A DNA stretch of 61,108 nt from Thermoplasmata archaeon (GTDB lineage Archaea; Thermoplasmatota; Thermoplasmata; Lutacidiplasmatales; UBA184): NCBI GenBank assembly GCA_030037875.1, contig JASHPV010000089.1, positions 1 through 61,108 of the forward strand. The letters run 5' to 3'. The number at the start of each line of letters is the position of its first letter. Within the stretch, counting starts at the first letter, position 1. The notes under the pieces were generated by a model. It searched no databases, was not told the DNA's origin, and saw nothing but the letters and a program-made list of their open reading frames with translations. The translations under genes were made by a program, and so were the position numbers. Below are positions 26,401 through 35,245 of the stretch, piece after piece.

Positions 26401-26804
26401 CCGTTCCGGAGCCCGTAGTCCGCGACCCCCATCGGGGCCGGCCCGATGGTGTAGAGGGGGCTCACGTAACCCTGCGCGAGCGCCTGCGCCTGTTCAGCGG
26501 GAGTGGCGGGCGGCCGTGGCAGGGAGATCAAACGCCCATCGGGTCCAGCTGTTCGAATGGCGGCGAGCGCCCGTTGGAGGAAAGGAGAGGACAAGTCGGG
26601 CGCGGTCTGGGCGGCTGGGGACGGTACCGACTCCGCCACGGAATGGCCGCCAGTCGAGGTTGTGGCGGGAGCAGCGGACTTGATCGAAGGGGCCCCCGCA
26701 GCCAAACGGGTTGTGGCCGGACCGGCGAACGATAGGAGACCGACGGCGGAGACAATCAAAATCGACGCGATTAGGACAACTAGGGCAGCGGTCGTTCGCG
26801 GCAC
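23487..26804 (-). CDS. Large surface protein: thermopsin (peptidase A5)-like domain + beta-helix + Ig/PEGA-like modules + C-terminal TM anchor
   Basis: Signal anchor. GPAPMGVADYGLRNGTGGTVVPYILNTTELQG..YSVQQN..YWTQD matches the thermopsin N-terminal signature. NLIDYTVQGIFLFGGTDNTIWGNTI is beta-helix-like. GLPAGTPWS module, two PEGA-like repeats, a TM helix and a poly-Pro tail follow. Confidence 0.75.
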   Translation of the reverse strand: MPRTTAALVVLIASILIVSAVGLLSFAGPATTRLAAGAPSIKSAAPATTSTGGHSVAESVPSPAAQTAPDLSSPFLQRALAAIRTAGPDGRLISLPRPPATPAEQAQALAQGYVSPLYTIGPAPMGVADYGLRNGTGGTVVPYILNTTELQGNFTTTGAGLLAPSYSYFANPGGYSVQQNAWLTNVTIWGNHTFEYWTQDTLYYNEILGEGTLVSDTWNFTTTSSLVLPSSILAHGPYGSIQTGDELYFSVGPTFPLTYPFSLSFTSRSFVNSTMGGEQELEYSTLITRGGTTLYNFADWDYVVFDSTGGTSAPITHPTNFTADGYAFNAIHATEDFELDVGGPGGGSQVDLFSADATFSLDFLNATSSKLEPIPSAYSYGGDTGETVTGATVTWAGTSGDQYGVMTTGPSILDGLWNATGQSGSEPITIDITPSNAFVFVYPSASTNFYNTNPEWAPLIDTTTIYLSPGISYDLVAVLSGYTGMGAEGTLTAPLTWTASLESTPGEGIYTPLWAWTNAQLRSISSGGAGTPTDPYILYNSQPDLIDDIFGVLNDWTFPVYSGVFLMNTDASVEIVDELPLIVSVPYRDVPTTNSMPYWFWQVSNVSLVDTALPGTWWFDLLDVEYIVDDAETPADISFWNSSHNLVADNLIDYTVQGIFLFGGTDNTIWGNTIVAVNPPVTESPAPPAAPPYNGLTEAESGDLIYNNAFLDPYLWYPILAQEYDFNDFTGVAEANSNTWNVTPEAASVVAHASGFSQVPLVGSIADTSWQGGNYWADYGDQFDPFPDNPYGDLPYDETGYISLGGDSAPLPPGSLVGNVSAVEFTESGLPAGTPWSIWLDGWEIVSSTSEISYFLTNGSYEYTVGAVTGYASSPATGSPTVSGVAQTIPIVFAGSSGTISGTVKPATATVEVDGAPVAVTDGGFSTTVTAGVHSVVASATGYFTYRNNVSVTAGGTTTVTIALTATAAVSGYLAGTVSPVSATVTVDGQIETVVNGAFNITLPAGFHAIDVTDPGYLPYASLVDIVGNATTSAKIVLSPTPALSSTYLSTLAYVLIGVLAALAVIFLVLAVTGRRRSPPPPQAWPSGAATPPPPPPQPPPWSEG

Positions 26805-26856
26805 GACGGGAAATTCAGTTACCGGGTCCTACTTGAGCATTATCAGTCGGTCGGGC

Positions 26857-26865
26857 GGGGGGGGG
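26857..26865. repeat. G9 homopolymer (C9 on the gene strand) upstream of the surface-protein gene
   Basis: Nine consecutive G, 53-61 nt upstream of the GTG start at 26804. Confidence 0.6.
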
Positions 26866-27038
26866 CTGACCTGGACCCCGACGTTTCGGAAGCTCGTTTC
26901 CATTGATGAAGCGGGGGAGACCGCGCAAGCGGTCCCCCGCCGGGCGGAGTTCCCGGCCTCTCGGAGTATACGGCGCGCCGCCCGGGAAGCGAGGGTCTCG
27001 TGCGGTTCAGAACCCGGAGCCGAGTGCCCCGTGCGACG

Positions 27039-27497
27039 CTAGAGGTACAGCTCGTAATGCAGGAAGGCCTCGTCCCGTTTCCAGCCGTGCGCCTCGTAGA
27101 GCTTCTGGGCAGGGTTATCGCGCGCGGTCTCGAGGCTGAGTCCGTCGGCGCCGGTTTCCCGTGCGAGTTGCTTCGCCCGGTCGAGAAGGAGGGAGCCCAC
27201 TCCTCGTCGGCGAGCCGCCGGCACCACGTACAGATCGTAGAGCACCCACCACGGCTTCATGGAGAGGGAGGCAAAGGTCGGGTACAATTGGGTGAATCCG
27301 AGGGTGGTGCCGCGCTCCTCTGCGATGTACACGACACTTTCGCCACGACCCAGACGCTCCGCCAGGAAACGTCGGGAACCTTCGGGGTCCGCCGGCCGGC
27401 GGTAGAATTCCCGGTAGGCACCGAAGAGCGGGACTAGGCGATCAACGTCCTGCGGGGTGGCGCGGACAATGCGGAGTTCGGCGGTCGGGGCGGCCAT
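27039..27497 (-). CDS. GNAT-family N-acetyltransferase
   Basis: ATG 27497 gives a 152-aa protein with VVPAARRRGVGSLLLDRA and NPAQKLYEAHGW. The longer track ORF (to 28175) overlaps ggt out of frame. Confidence 0.85.
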   Translation of the reverse strand: MAAPTAELRIVRATPQDVDRLVPLFGAYREFYRRPADPEGSRRFLAERLGRGESVVYIAEERGTTLGFTQLYPTFASLSMKPWWVLYDLYVVPAARRRGVGSLLLDRAKQLARETGADGLSLETARDNPAQKLYEAHGWKRDEAFLHYELYL

Positions 27498-27577
27498 ACG
27501 AATGCCAACCAACCGGACGAGCGGTTGAACGTTGCGTAGGGCGGAGCAGATTCTAGGCCCGTGGTCCTCCCCGGTTT

Positions 27578-29044
27578 CTACGTCCAGACCGGGCCGGCCA
27601 GCGGCAACCGGCCCTCTCCCCTCGGGTCGATTCCGACCACGACTTGCGCGCCGACTTGAATACCCTGGCAGTGGCCCATTTGTGCGGAATGGCCGGGGCG
27701 CGGAACGGAGGGGAGGCCCCGGCCCGCCTCCGCGATGAGCGGCGCAGTCCCATAGATGGAAGCAGGGTAGGCGAAGCGGGGCGCGTCGATCGCTTCCTGG
27801 AGTGTCAGGCCCCGGTCCACAACTCCGGTGAGGACCTGCACCTGGACCTGGGGCTGGACATCGCCGCCCATCGTCCCCAGAAGGATAAGATCGGGTCCGG
27901 TCGCGGCCGTGGCCATGAGCGTGTGGAATGTTTTCTTCCTCGGGGCCACAACGTTGTGATGGGCCCGGTCGAGGGTGAAGTACGACCCCCGGTCGTTCAG
28001 GTTGATCCCGGTGCCCGCGACCGTGTGCCCGGACCCGAAGCCCTCGTAATTGCTCTGGATCACGCTCAGACCGATTGTTCCGTCGAAGACCGAGAAGGCA
28101 GTAGTATCCCGACCCGGGGTCGGGCCGCTCGTCGGCGAAACTCGCGGGGGATCCCGCGCGTTCGCGTCGATCCACCCCGGTGGAAGGGGCAGGCGATCGG
28201 GGTCTCCGATGTACCGGGACCGGAATTCGTACGCCGGGTACATCGTCTCAACAAGAGCGGATGCGTAGTCGGCGGGAGTCATCGAGGCCAAAGTGCTCCG
28301 CTCTAACCGGGCGAGCCAGTACAGAGCGGTAGCGCCTTGACTGTTCGGAGGCGTAGTGTACACGTCGTACTTCCGATACTGCATCCGTAAGGGTGGGGGC
28401 CGGGTCGGCTGAAACCGGTCGAGGTCGTCGAAACGCAGTAAGCCACCCTTCTTGATCATGTCCCGTTCGATGGTTCGTCCGAGTGCGCCATGGTAGAAGC
28501 CGTGGCCCCCATCCGCGGCCACGCCCTCCAAGGTGCGAGCCAAATCCGCCTGACGCAGGACGTCTCCCGGCGGCCGGTTCCGGTAGATGGCCGTCCAGTC
28601 CGGGTCGGCCCAGGGCATCGTTCGGATGGACTGGGCCAGAAGCGGCGTAATCGGCACTCCCTCGCGCGCGTAGCGGATCGCGGGTGCCAGCAGCTCTGGT
28701 AACCGGAGGCTGGCGCGCTCGGCAAAGAATGACCAGCCGGCGATCAAGCCCGGAACCGTGAACGACGAGAGAGGGCCGTGCTCGGGAATGGTCCGGTAGC
28801 CGGCGGCCTCGAACCTTTCCGGGGTCGCGAGGTCCGCCGCAGGGCCGCTGGCGTTGAGCGTCTCCACCGATTGCTCTCGGACGACAGCGAACAGGTCCGA
28901 GCCGAGTCCATTGGCTTGCGGGAGGACCACCGGGAGCGCGGCGCTCACGGCAAGGGCCGCGTCGTAGGCGTTGCCGCCCTTCGCCAAGACCGATCGACCG
29001 ATGTCGGTGGCTATCGGGTGAGCCGTCGCCACGTCGCCGCGCAT
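27578..29044 (-). CDS. ggt: Gamma-glutamyltransferase family protein
   Basis: ATAHPIATDIGRSVLAKGGNAYDAA N-terminus and autoprocessing/nucleophile region GRDTTAFSV. MGGD near the C-terminus. Confidence 0.9.
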   Translation of the reverse strand: MRGDVATAHPIATDIGRSVLAKGGNAYDAALAVSAALPVVLPQANGLGSDLFAVVREQSVETLNASGPAADLATPERFEAAGYRTIPEHGPLSSFTVPGLIAGWSFFAERASLRLPELLAPAIRYAREGVPITPLLAQSIRTMPWADPDWTAIYRNRPPGDVLRQADLARTLEGVAADGGHGFYHGALGRTIERDMIKKGGLLRFDDLDRFQPTRPPPLRMQYRKYDVYTTPPNSQGATALYWLARLERSTLASMTPADYASALVETMYPAYEFRSRYIGDPDRLPLPPGWIDANARDPPRVSPTSGPTPGRDTTAFSVFDGTIGLSVIQSNYEGFGSGHTVAGTGINLNDRGSYFTLDRAHHNVVAPRKKTFHTLMATAATGPDLILLGTMGGDVQPQVQVQVLTGVVDRGLTLQEAIDAPRFAYPASIYGTAPLIAEAGRGLPSVPRPGHSAQMGHCQGIQVGAQVVVGIDPRGEGRLPLAGPVWT

Positions 29045-29136
29045 CGCCCTGGCTTCCTCCCAGTCCGACGGGGGCCGCGAGAATCAAGGCAGTTCTTAGA
29101 ACCGCTGGACTCGGGGCCATGGCACGCCCACCCTAC

Positions 29137-29143
29137 TAAGTAT
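29137..29143 (+). promoter_or_regulatory. TATA-like box (TAAGTAT)
   Basis: Centre is about 24 nt upstream of ATG 29164. Confidence 0.3.
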
Positions 29144-29163
29144 CCGAAGTCAGTGGCGGACCC

Positions 29164-31011
29164 ATGAAGCCGGGACGCCGCGGAAGGGCCCGAGTATCCT
29201 GGCTCGCGCTGGCGATCGTTATCATTGCAATCCTCGCCTGGTCCTCGTCAGGACAGACAACCACTGCCCCGGCCCGAGGCCTCATATCGCCCCTCCTCGG
29301 GGAGAGGACCGTCTCGGCGCGGACGTCGGCAGTTCAGCCGCGTTCAGCCGCCGACACGAGTTCCCTCCCGGCCGACCCCACCCTCGCGTGGACTGAGCTT
29401 TCCCCATCTCCCATGCCCTCGCAGCGAGTCGATAGTGGGATGGTGTACGACTCCACCGACGGGTACGTTCTGTTGTTCGGAGGAGAGAACGACCTCAGCA
29501 TCCCCGTGGCCTACTACAATGACACGTGGGCCTTCTCTCACGGAGTGTGGACGAACGAAACAAACTCCCATGCCCCGTCGCCCCGCTCGGGATTTGGGCT
29601 GGCCGACGACCCGATCGACCACGAGGTGGTCCTCTTCGGCGGATTCTCGGCGAAAGGAATCAGGTTGAATGACACCTGGACGTACTCGGCTGGTACCTGG
29701 AAGAACGTTACCCCGACGGAGGGGCCCTCCCCGCCCGCGACGGCATGGGGATCGATGGCCTACGACAACCAAACTGAGACGGTGATTTTGTTCGGTGGCC
29801 TGACGGGACTTAGCCCCAGTACCGAGTACACGAACGAGACGTGGTCGTTCCATGACAACTCCTGGACGGAGCTGTCTCCCGCAACCTCCCCTCCGGCGCG
29901 GAACAGTGCATCGCTCGTGGACGATGTGAGCGATGGTAGTCTCTTGCTATTCGGCGGCCAGAACGACTCCGGGCCCTTCAACGACACCTGGACTTTCTCG
30001 GGGACCGATTGGAGCCGGGTGGCGACCTCCACGGCGCCGCCGGAAAGCTGGGGAGCCGGAGTGGCCTACTACGGCGCCCAGTCCGAGGTGGTTCTCTTCG
30101 GCGGAACGCCCGCGTCCCAATACTACACGTACACCTTCCACGCGGGGACCTGGACCCAGTACGATCCAACCCCCAACCCCGGTCAGGCGGTGGGCCTCAC
30201 CCAGATGACCTACGACTACGCGGATCAGTACACCCTCCTGTTCGCGGACTCGCCGGACGGGGTCAATTCGACCTGGGAGCTCTCCGTCACCTCGGGGCCG
30301 CCGCCTCCTGCTCTGTCTGTGGTGGCCTCCGCCACGCCGCAAAGCGGCGTGGTCCCCCTTCGAACGACGTTCAATTCCAGTATCTCTGGGGGAACTCCCC
30401 CGTACACAGTAACCTGGAACTTTGATGACTCGACGCCCGAAGTATCGGGCAGTCCCAGCACCGCGGGAAACACGACCCACACGTACGAGTCCGTGGGCCG
30501 TTACAACGCTACGCTGACGGTCGTCGATTCGTCCGATTCGACCGTTGTGAAAAACTGGACCATCGCCGTGACGCCCTTGGCTCTCACCCTGACGATCGCC
30601 GCGTCGCCCACGAGCGCGAAGATCAATCAAACGGTCAACTTCACCTCGCTTCCTTCCGGAGGTACTCCCCCGTACACGTATACTTGGACATTCGGGGATG
30701 GGGGAATGGCAACGACAAGAAACGCCAGCCATGAATACGCGACCGCGGGAAAGTTCTCTGCCGAACTGGTCGTGATAGACCATGCCGGGGTTTCGGTCTC
30801 GCGGACGGTCAACGTTACCGTGTCCTCGAGCAGCCCAGCCCCCAGCAGCTCCGCGAACGACTCATGGATCTACATCATCGCCATCGTCGTAGTGATCGTC
30901 GCGGCACTCTTGTTCGTGCTCCTCTACCGTCGCCGTAAGCAACAGAATCCACCCGCCTCGCCGCCGCCGAATCCGCCACCCGGCCAGGGCGGCGGCGGAC
31001 CCGCCCACTAG
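29164..31011 (+). CDS. Kelch-repeat beta-propeller + 2 PKD domains surface protein with C-terminal TM anchor
   Basis: About six repeats of the type GxVYDxxDGYVLLFGG..NDTWxF. Two PKD signatures (GGTPPYTVTWNFDDS, GGTPPYTYTWTFGDG). TM helix IYIIAIVVVIVAALLFVLL and a Pro-rich tail. Confidence 0.8.
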   Translation: MKPGRRGRARVSWLALAIVIIAILAWSSSGQTTTAPARGLISPLLGERTVSARTSAVQPRSAADTSSLPADPTLAWTELSPSPMPSQRVDSGMVYDSTDGYVLLFGGENDLSIPVAYYNDTWAFSHGVWTNETNSHAPSPRSGFGLADDPIDHEVVLFGGFSAKGIRLNDTWTYSAGTWKNVTPTEGPSPPATAWGSMAYDNQTETVILFGGLTGLSPSTEYTNETWSFHDNSWTELSPATSPPARNSASLVDDVSDGSLLLFGGQNDSGPFNDTWTFSGTDWSRVATSTAPPESWGAGVAYYGAQSEVVLFGGTPASQYYTYTFHAGTWTQYDPTPNPGQAVGLTQMTYDYADQYTLLFADSPDGVNSTWELSVTSGPPPPALSVVASATPQSGVVPLRTTFNSSISGGTPPYTVTWNFDDSTPEVSGSPSTAGNTTHTYESVGRYNATLTVVDSSDSTVVKNWTIAVTPLALTLTIAASPTSAKINQTVNFTSLPSGGTPPYTYTWTFGDGGMATTRNASHEYATAGKFSAELVVIDHAGVSVSRTVNVTVSSSSPAPSSSANDSWIYIIAIVVVIVAALLFVLLYRRRKQQNPPASPPPNPPPGQGGGGPAH

Positions 31012-31194
31012 GCGACTGCCTCCCCGGGCCTCCGCCGTCACGAAACGCAGACGCCGTCGAAATTCCGGAGGAATCGCTCACCGCGGGAAGGGGAATCCGG
31101 CCGGTTATTCACGGTGTGAACGGGTTTCGTAGTTGCTTCACAGACACAGCGCTTATAATGCGTTCTTCGGTTGAGCCGGACCGGTCGTCGGCTC

Positions 31195-31968
31195 ATGGCG
31201 AACTTTCCCCTGTTCCTGGTCCTGGCGACCGTCATGGGTCTGTCGATCTTCCTGTCGCTTCCCGTCGTCTACAGCAAGCGGGCCCAAGGACGCTGGGCGG
31301 TGGGCCTCAACGCGGCCGCGATCGGGATCCTTGTCTTTCTCTTGGCGGACATCTTCTCGGACGTGAGCCCGATTCTGTATCCCGGCGGCAGCTACGTCTC
31401 CAATCTCGGTTATTCGCTCCTCTTTGGCGCCGCGTTTCTCGTGGCCTTCGTCGGGCTGTATGTCGTTGACAACCTGCCCAGCCGCGCCGCCGTGGCGGCG
31501 GAGGGAGGTCCGCGGCTAACCGCCATGATCATCGCGCTCGGGATTGGGCTCCAGAACCTAACCGAGGGTCTGGTGTTCGGTGCCAACTGGGTCAAGGGTA
31601 CCCTCGGAATCCTAGCAGTGGTCTTCGTCGGTTTCTTTCTGCAGAACGTGACGGAGGGATTCCCCATCGCTTCGCCCTTCCTCGGAACCCCGGCGAAACG
31701 GAGCGGGGCAGTTATGGCGGGACTGTTCCTTATTGGGGGGCTGCCGACGATCATCGGCGGAGCGATCGGGTATTACTGGAGCAGCAATCTGTTTCTGATC
31801 GCGTTCGACGCGCTGGCAATCGGTGCCATCGCGTATGTCATCCTTCCGATGCTCAAGGTCGCGTTCCGGCCTCTCGAAACCCGGGAGGCCGCGGTGCGTC
31901 GGAACCGGCTCGTGTACATCGGCGTCATGGTCGGGTTTCTGATCGGGTTCGCGGTGAACGCCATCTGA
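31195..31968 (+). CDS. ZIP-family divalent metal transporter
   Basis: Multi-TM protein with GIGLQNLTEGLVFG and FFLQNVTEGFPIASP (ZIP HNxxEG-like motifs). TTATAAT at 31153-31159 lies upstream. The track start TTG 31171 is less likely. Confidence 0.7.
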   Translation: MANFPLFLVLATVMGLSIFLSLPVVYSKRAQGRWAVGLNAAAIGILVFLLADIFSDVSPILYPGGSYVSNLGYSLLFGAAFLVAFVGLYVVDNLPSRAAVAAEGGPRLTAMIIALGIGLQNLTEGLVFGANWVKGTLGILAVVFVGFFLQNVTEGFPIASPFLGTPAKRSGAVMAGLFLIGGLPTIIGGAIGYYWSSNLFLIAFDALAIGAIAYVILPMLKVAFRPLETREAAVRRNRLVYIGVMVGFLIGFAVNAI

Positions 31969-31972
31969 GACC

Positions 31973-32758
31973 ATGACGGCCACCACCACCTCACCCGTCG
32001 TCTGGGTGCAGGTCATGCAGGCTCTCGTGGCGCGGGAGCTGGTGGACGGGTTCGGTCTGCCGGAGCGACAGGCCGCGGCACTTCTCGGCCTCGTCCCCTC
32101 GTCGGTCTCCCAGTATCTCTCCGGCAAGCGGCTGGGACCCCGGTTGGCCCGTTACCTCGACAACGAAGCCGCTCGACGCATCGCCCGCAGCACAGCGCAA
32201 CGACTCATGGAAGAGCCCGGGGGGCCTCCGGTCGTCCTGGAGGCGGCCATTGCTCTGGGGGAGCTCTATGATCAGCCGACCCGGAAGCGGAGGGCAGGCG
32301 CCGGGTCCTCGATACGGCCGGCGCTCCGACGGGAGGCGCCCCGCTGGCTCCGCAACCGTATCGTCGGAGAACAAAACGCGGTCGCCGAGTGCATGCGCCT
32401 CGCCCAGCGCTCTCGGGACGAGCTGACCCGAGCCCTGTTCCGTCAGATCGCTTCCGACAGCCTGCGTCACGCCGAGATTGTGGCGTCGCTCGCCGCCTAT
32501 CTGGACCGGGGCGTCACCTCCAGCGTTCCGACGGGAATCACCCGGGAAGACGTCGAGCATCTCATCGAACGGGAGCATGAAGCCGAGGAGAACAGCGGCA
32601 ACGACTTGGGTCCGGAGCTCGGCGGCGTAATGCGGATCCTGTGGAACAGCATGGTCGCCGATGAACAGAAGCACGAGCGGGTGCTCCAGGAACTCCTGCA
32701 GGCTGGCCTTGTCGCCGGAGTCAGGTCGCCTCCTCGACGAACGAAAGGAACCTCTTAG
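31973..32758 (+). CDS. Putative transcriptional regulator: N-terminal HTH + C-terminal ferritin/rubrerythrin-like four-helix domain
   Basis: GLPERQAAALLGLVPSSVSQYLSGKR is HTH-like. The C-terminal half has helical ExxH-type strings (EREH, EQKH) and RHAE. It starts 4 nt after the ZIP stop. Confidence 0.55.
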   Translation: MTATTTSPVVWVQVMQALVARELVDGFGLPERQAAALLGLVPSSVSQYLSGKRLGPRLARYLDNEAARRIARSTAQRLMEEPGGPPVVLEAAIALGELYDQPTRKRRAGAGSSIRPALRREAPRWLRNRIVGEQNAVAECMRLAQRSRDELTRALFRQIASDSLRHAEIVASLAAYLDRGVTSSVPTGITREDVEHLIEREHEAEENSGNDLGPELGGVMRILWNSMVADEQKHERVLQELLQAGLVAGVRSPPRRTKGTS

Positions 32759-33024
32759 GGGTCGAGAACTCGAAGTCGGGGCACTCCCAGTGATCCCCTT
32801 CGTGGACCATTGTCTGGGCGAGAGGCACGGCCGTTACAAAGCACCGTACAATACGCGGGCCCATTGATTGAGTTCGTCAAGATCAACGTCGACGCTTGTC
32901 GTGCGACTCCGATTCGTACCCCAAAGCACCTGGGACGCCCCGCGCCTAGAGCTCGCGGGTCACCGCGAACAGTCTGTTCCAAGTAGACCAGCGGACTAGG
33001 GGCCCCCGTCGCGGAGCGGCCTCG

Positions 33025-34314
33025 GTGCAGCCTCGGCCTTCAGACACATCCCTTCAGGCTCCCGCGGGAACGGCCCGTGAGAGCGCGGGGCCGGCCCGGA
33101 GAATTCATCCGGATGTCTGGTCGATCTCCGTCACCAGTCTCTTTTCCGATTGGTCGTACGAGATGGTTCTCCCCATCCTACCTTTCTTTTTGATCTTCAC
33201 TCTGGCCGCTACCCCGTTCCTAGTGGGATTGATCGACGGGGCCGCCCAGTTTGCTCAGAGCAGCATCCAGACGGTGGCGGGCTCTCGATGGGCGAATGGG
33301 CCGGACCGCAAGGTGCAGGGGTCGTACGGTTACCTCGCGACGACGGTCGGTCATGGATTGCTTGCGATCGCCATCGTCTGGCCCGAGGTTCTAGTGTTTC
33401 GAGTAGCGGCCTGGCTGGGACGAGGTTCGCGACAACCGATCAAAAAGGCGATCGTTGCCAACGCGACCACCCCGGAGAACCAGGGGATCGCCTTCGGCCT
33501 CGAACAGGCGTTGGACTCCGCGGGCGCGGTGCTCGGGACGATTACGGCCGTGGTTCTGCTCCTCGTGGGCGGACTTGGGGCGTTCCGGACCATCTTTGCT
33601 GTGAGCGTCATCCCGGGGTTCGTCGCCGTGGCGGTCCTCCTTCTCTTTGTAAAGGACCGTTCATCGCGGAATTCGTCGGGGGCCGCCCCTCGTCCATCGG
33701 TCCGATGGCACGACTTCCCCCGGACGTTCCAACTCTTTCTGGTGGCCGAGGCCGTCTTCGGCCTCGGCTATTTCAGCATCCTCCTGGCCCTGTTGCGGGT
33801 GGGAGAGAACTTGCTGCCGACGACCGGCGGCTCGGTGGTGACGGCCGTCGTGGCGGCCCTCTTTCTCTACCTTCTCTACAACCTGATCTTCGCCGGCATG
33901 TCGTACCCTGCCGGACGGTGGGCGGACCGTTCACCGGGAGTCGGCCTCGTGGCGCTCTCGTTCGGGCTGTTCGCGGTGGTTGACCTCCTGCTCATCCGCA
34001 ACGGGGGACTCGTGGCCGGCGTACTGGCGTTCTCGGTCGCTGGAGTCCAGGTCGGCCTTCAAGGCGTGGCCGAGTCCGCTTGGGTCGCTCGAAAGATGCC
34101 GGCGGGGCTGGCGGGCCCCGCCTTCGGATGGCTGGGGATGGTTCAGGGACTGGCCATTCTCGCCGGTTCACTGCTGGCGGGGGGCCTGTGGACGTACGTC
34201 TCCGCTCCGCTCGCGTTCGGAGTGTCGGCAGCGCTCTCGGTGGCCGGCGCGGCTCTGTTGCTGCCGCTACTCCGGCCGCAATCAGGACATCCGGGGCCGG
34301 CCGCTCCGTCGTGA
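33025..34314 (+). CDS. MFS transporter
   Basis: About 12 predicted TM segments. PAGRWADRSPG resembles MFS motif A. Confidence 0.7.
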   Translation: MQPRPSDTSLQAPAGTARESAGPARRIHPDVWSISVTSLFSDWSYEMVLPILPFFLIFTLAATPFLVGLIDGAAQFAQSSIQTVAGSRWANGPDRKVQGSYGYLATTVGHGLLAIAIVWPEVLVFRVAAWLGRGSRQPIKKAIVANATTPENQGIAFGLEQALDSAGAVLGTITAVVLLLVGGLGAFRTIFAVSVIPGFVAVAVLLLFVKDRSSRNSSGAAPRPSVRWHDFPRTFQLFLVAEAVFGLGYFSILLALLRVGENLLPTTGGSVVTAVVAALFLYLLYNLIFAGMSYPAGRWADRSPGVGLVALSFGLFAVVDLLLIRNGGLVAGVLAFSVAGVQVGLQGVAESAWVARKMPAGLAGPAFGWLGMVQGLAILAGSLLAGGLWTYVSAPLAFGVSAALSVAGAALLLPLLRPQSGHPGPAAPS

Positions 34315-34321
34315 CTTCGAC

Positions 34322-35245
34322 TCACCGTATGAGTGTCAGCCAATGGGCGTACTGCTTCGAGCGCCCGTGGATCGCGTCGTCGTAGCGCTTCTGGAGCTTC
34401 TGCGTGATCGGGTACGTTCCGGTGCCGATCGCTCGTCCGTCGACCTCGCGGATTGGGGTGATTCCGGCCGCGGTGCCGGTGAACAGCAACTCGTCCGCGG
34501 TGAACATCTCCTCTCGCGTGAAGTCGGAGCGACGGAAGATGAGTCCCTCATCCGCCACGAATTGGATGACCGAGTCCCGGGTCACGCCGCGCAGAATCCC
34601 CGAGCTCGCGGGCGGAGTGCTGACGATGTCGTTCTTGACCCGGAATATGTTCTCCCCCGGCCCTTCGGCGACCATCCCAGCCGAGTTCAGCAGGATGGCT
34701 TCGTCATAGCCGGCGGCCACGGCCTCCATCTTGGCCAGCCCGCTGTTGGCATAGTTGGCCGCGCACTTCGCCTGGGGGGGCAGCGAACGCGAGTCCATCC
34801 TCGTCCAGCTCGATACACTGGCGCGAACCCCCGTGCGAGCGTTCTCCTCCCCTAAGTACGCCCCCCACGACCAGAGCGCTATGGCGACCTGGGTGGGGCT
34901 TCGCGTGGGGTCGAGCCCCATCTCTCCATACCCCGAGAACGCGATGGGACGGAGGTACGCGTCCGTGATCCCATTGTCCTTGACCAGATCGATGCACGCG
35001 CGTTCGAGCTGCTCCTGCGAGTAGGGGATCTTCATCCGATAGATCTTCGCGCTGGCGAGGAATCTCCGGATGTGCTCCGGGAGCCGGAAGAGCCCGGGGC
35101 CGGTCGGGGTACTATGGCAGCGGAGCCCCTCGAAGATCGCGTAGCCGTAGTGCAGGCCGTGCGTCAGGACGTGGACCTGGGCGCTTTCCCAGGGAACGAG
35201 CTTTCCGTCGAGCCAGATGCTTTTCAGCGCCTTGATCGCGACCAT
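34322..35245 (-). CDS. ilvE: Branched-chain amino-acid aminotransferase
   Basis: HGLHYGYAIFEGLRCH, fold-type IV PLP enzyme length (307 aa), GITPIREVDG. Confidence 0.9.
   Translation of the reverse strand: MVAIKALKSIWLDGKLVPWESAQVHVLTHGLHYGYAIFEGLRCHSTPTGPGLFRLPEHIRRFLASAKIYRMKIPYSQEQLERACIDLVKDNGITDAYLRPIAFSGYGEMGLDPTRSPTQVAIALWSWGAYLGEENARTGVRASVSSWTRMDSRSLPPQAKCAANYANSGLAKMEAVAAGYDEAILLNSAGMVAEGPGENIFRVKNDIVSTPPASSGILRGVTRDSVIQFVADEGLIFRRSDFTREEMFTADELLFTGTAAGITPIREVDGRAIGTGTYPITQKLQKRYDDAIHGRSKQYAHWLTLIR

Noticed and set aside
27498-28175. Upstream extension of the GNAT ORF (378-aa version)
   Set aside because: The extension overlaps the ggt coding region in another frame and is Pro/Arg/Gly-rich. 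An internal ATG at 27497 gives a canonical 152-aa GNAT.
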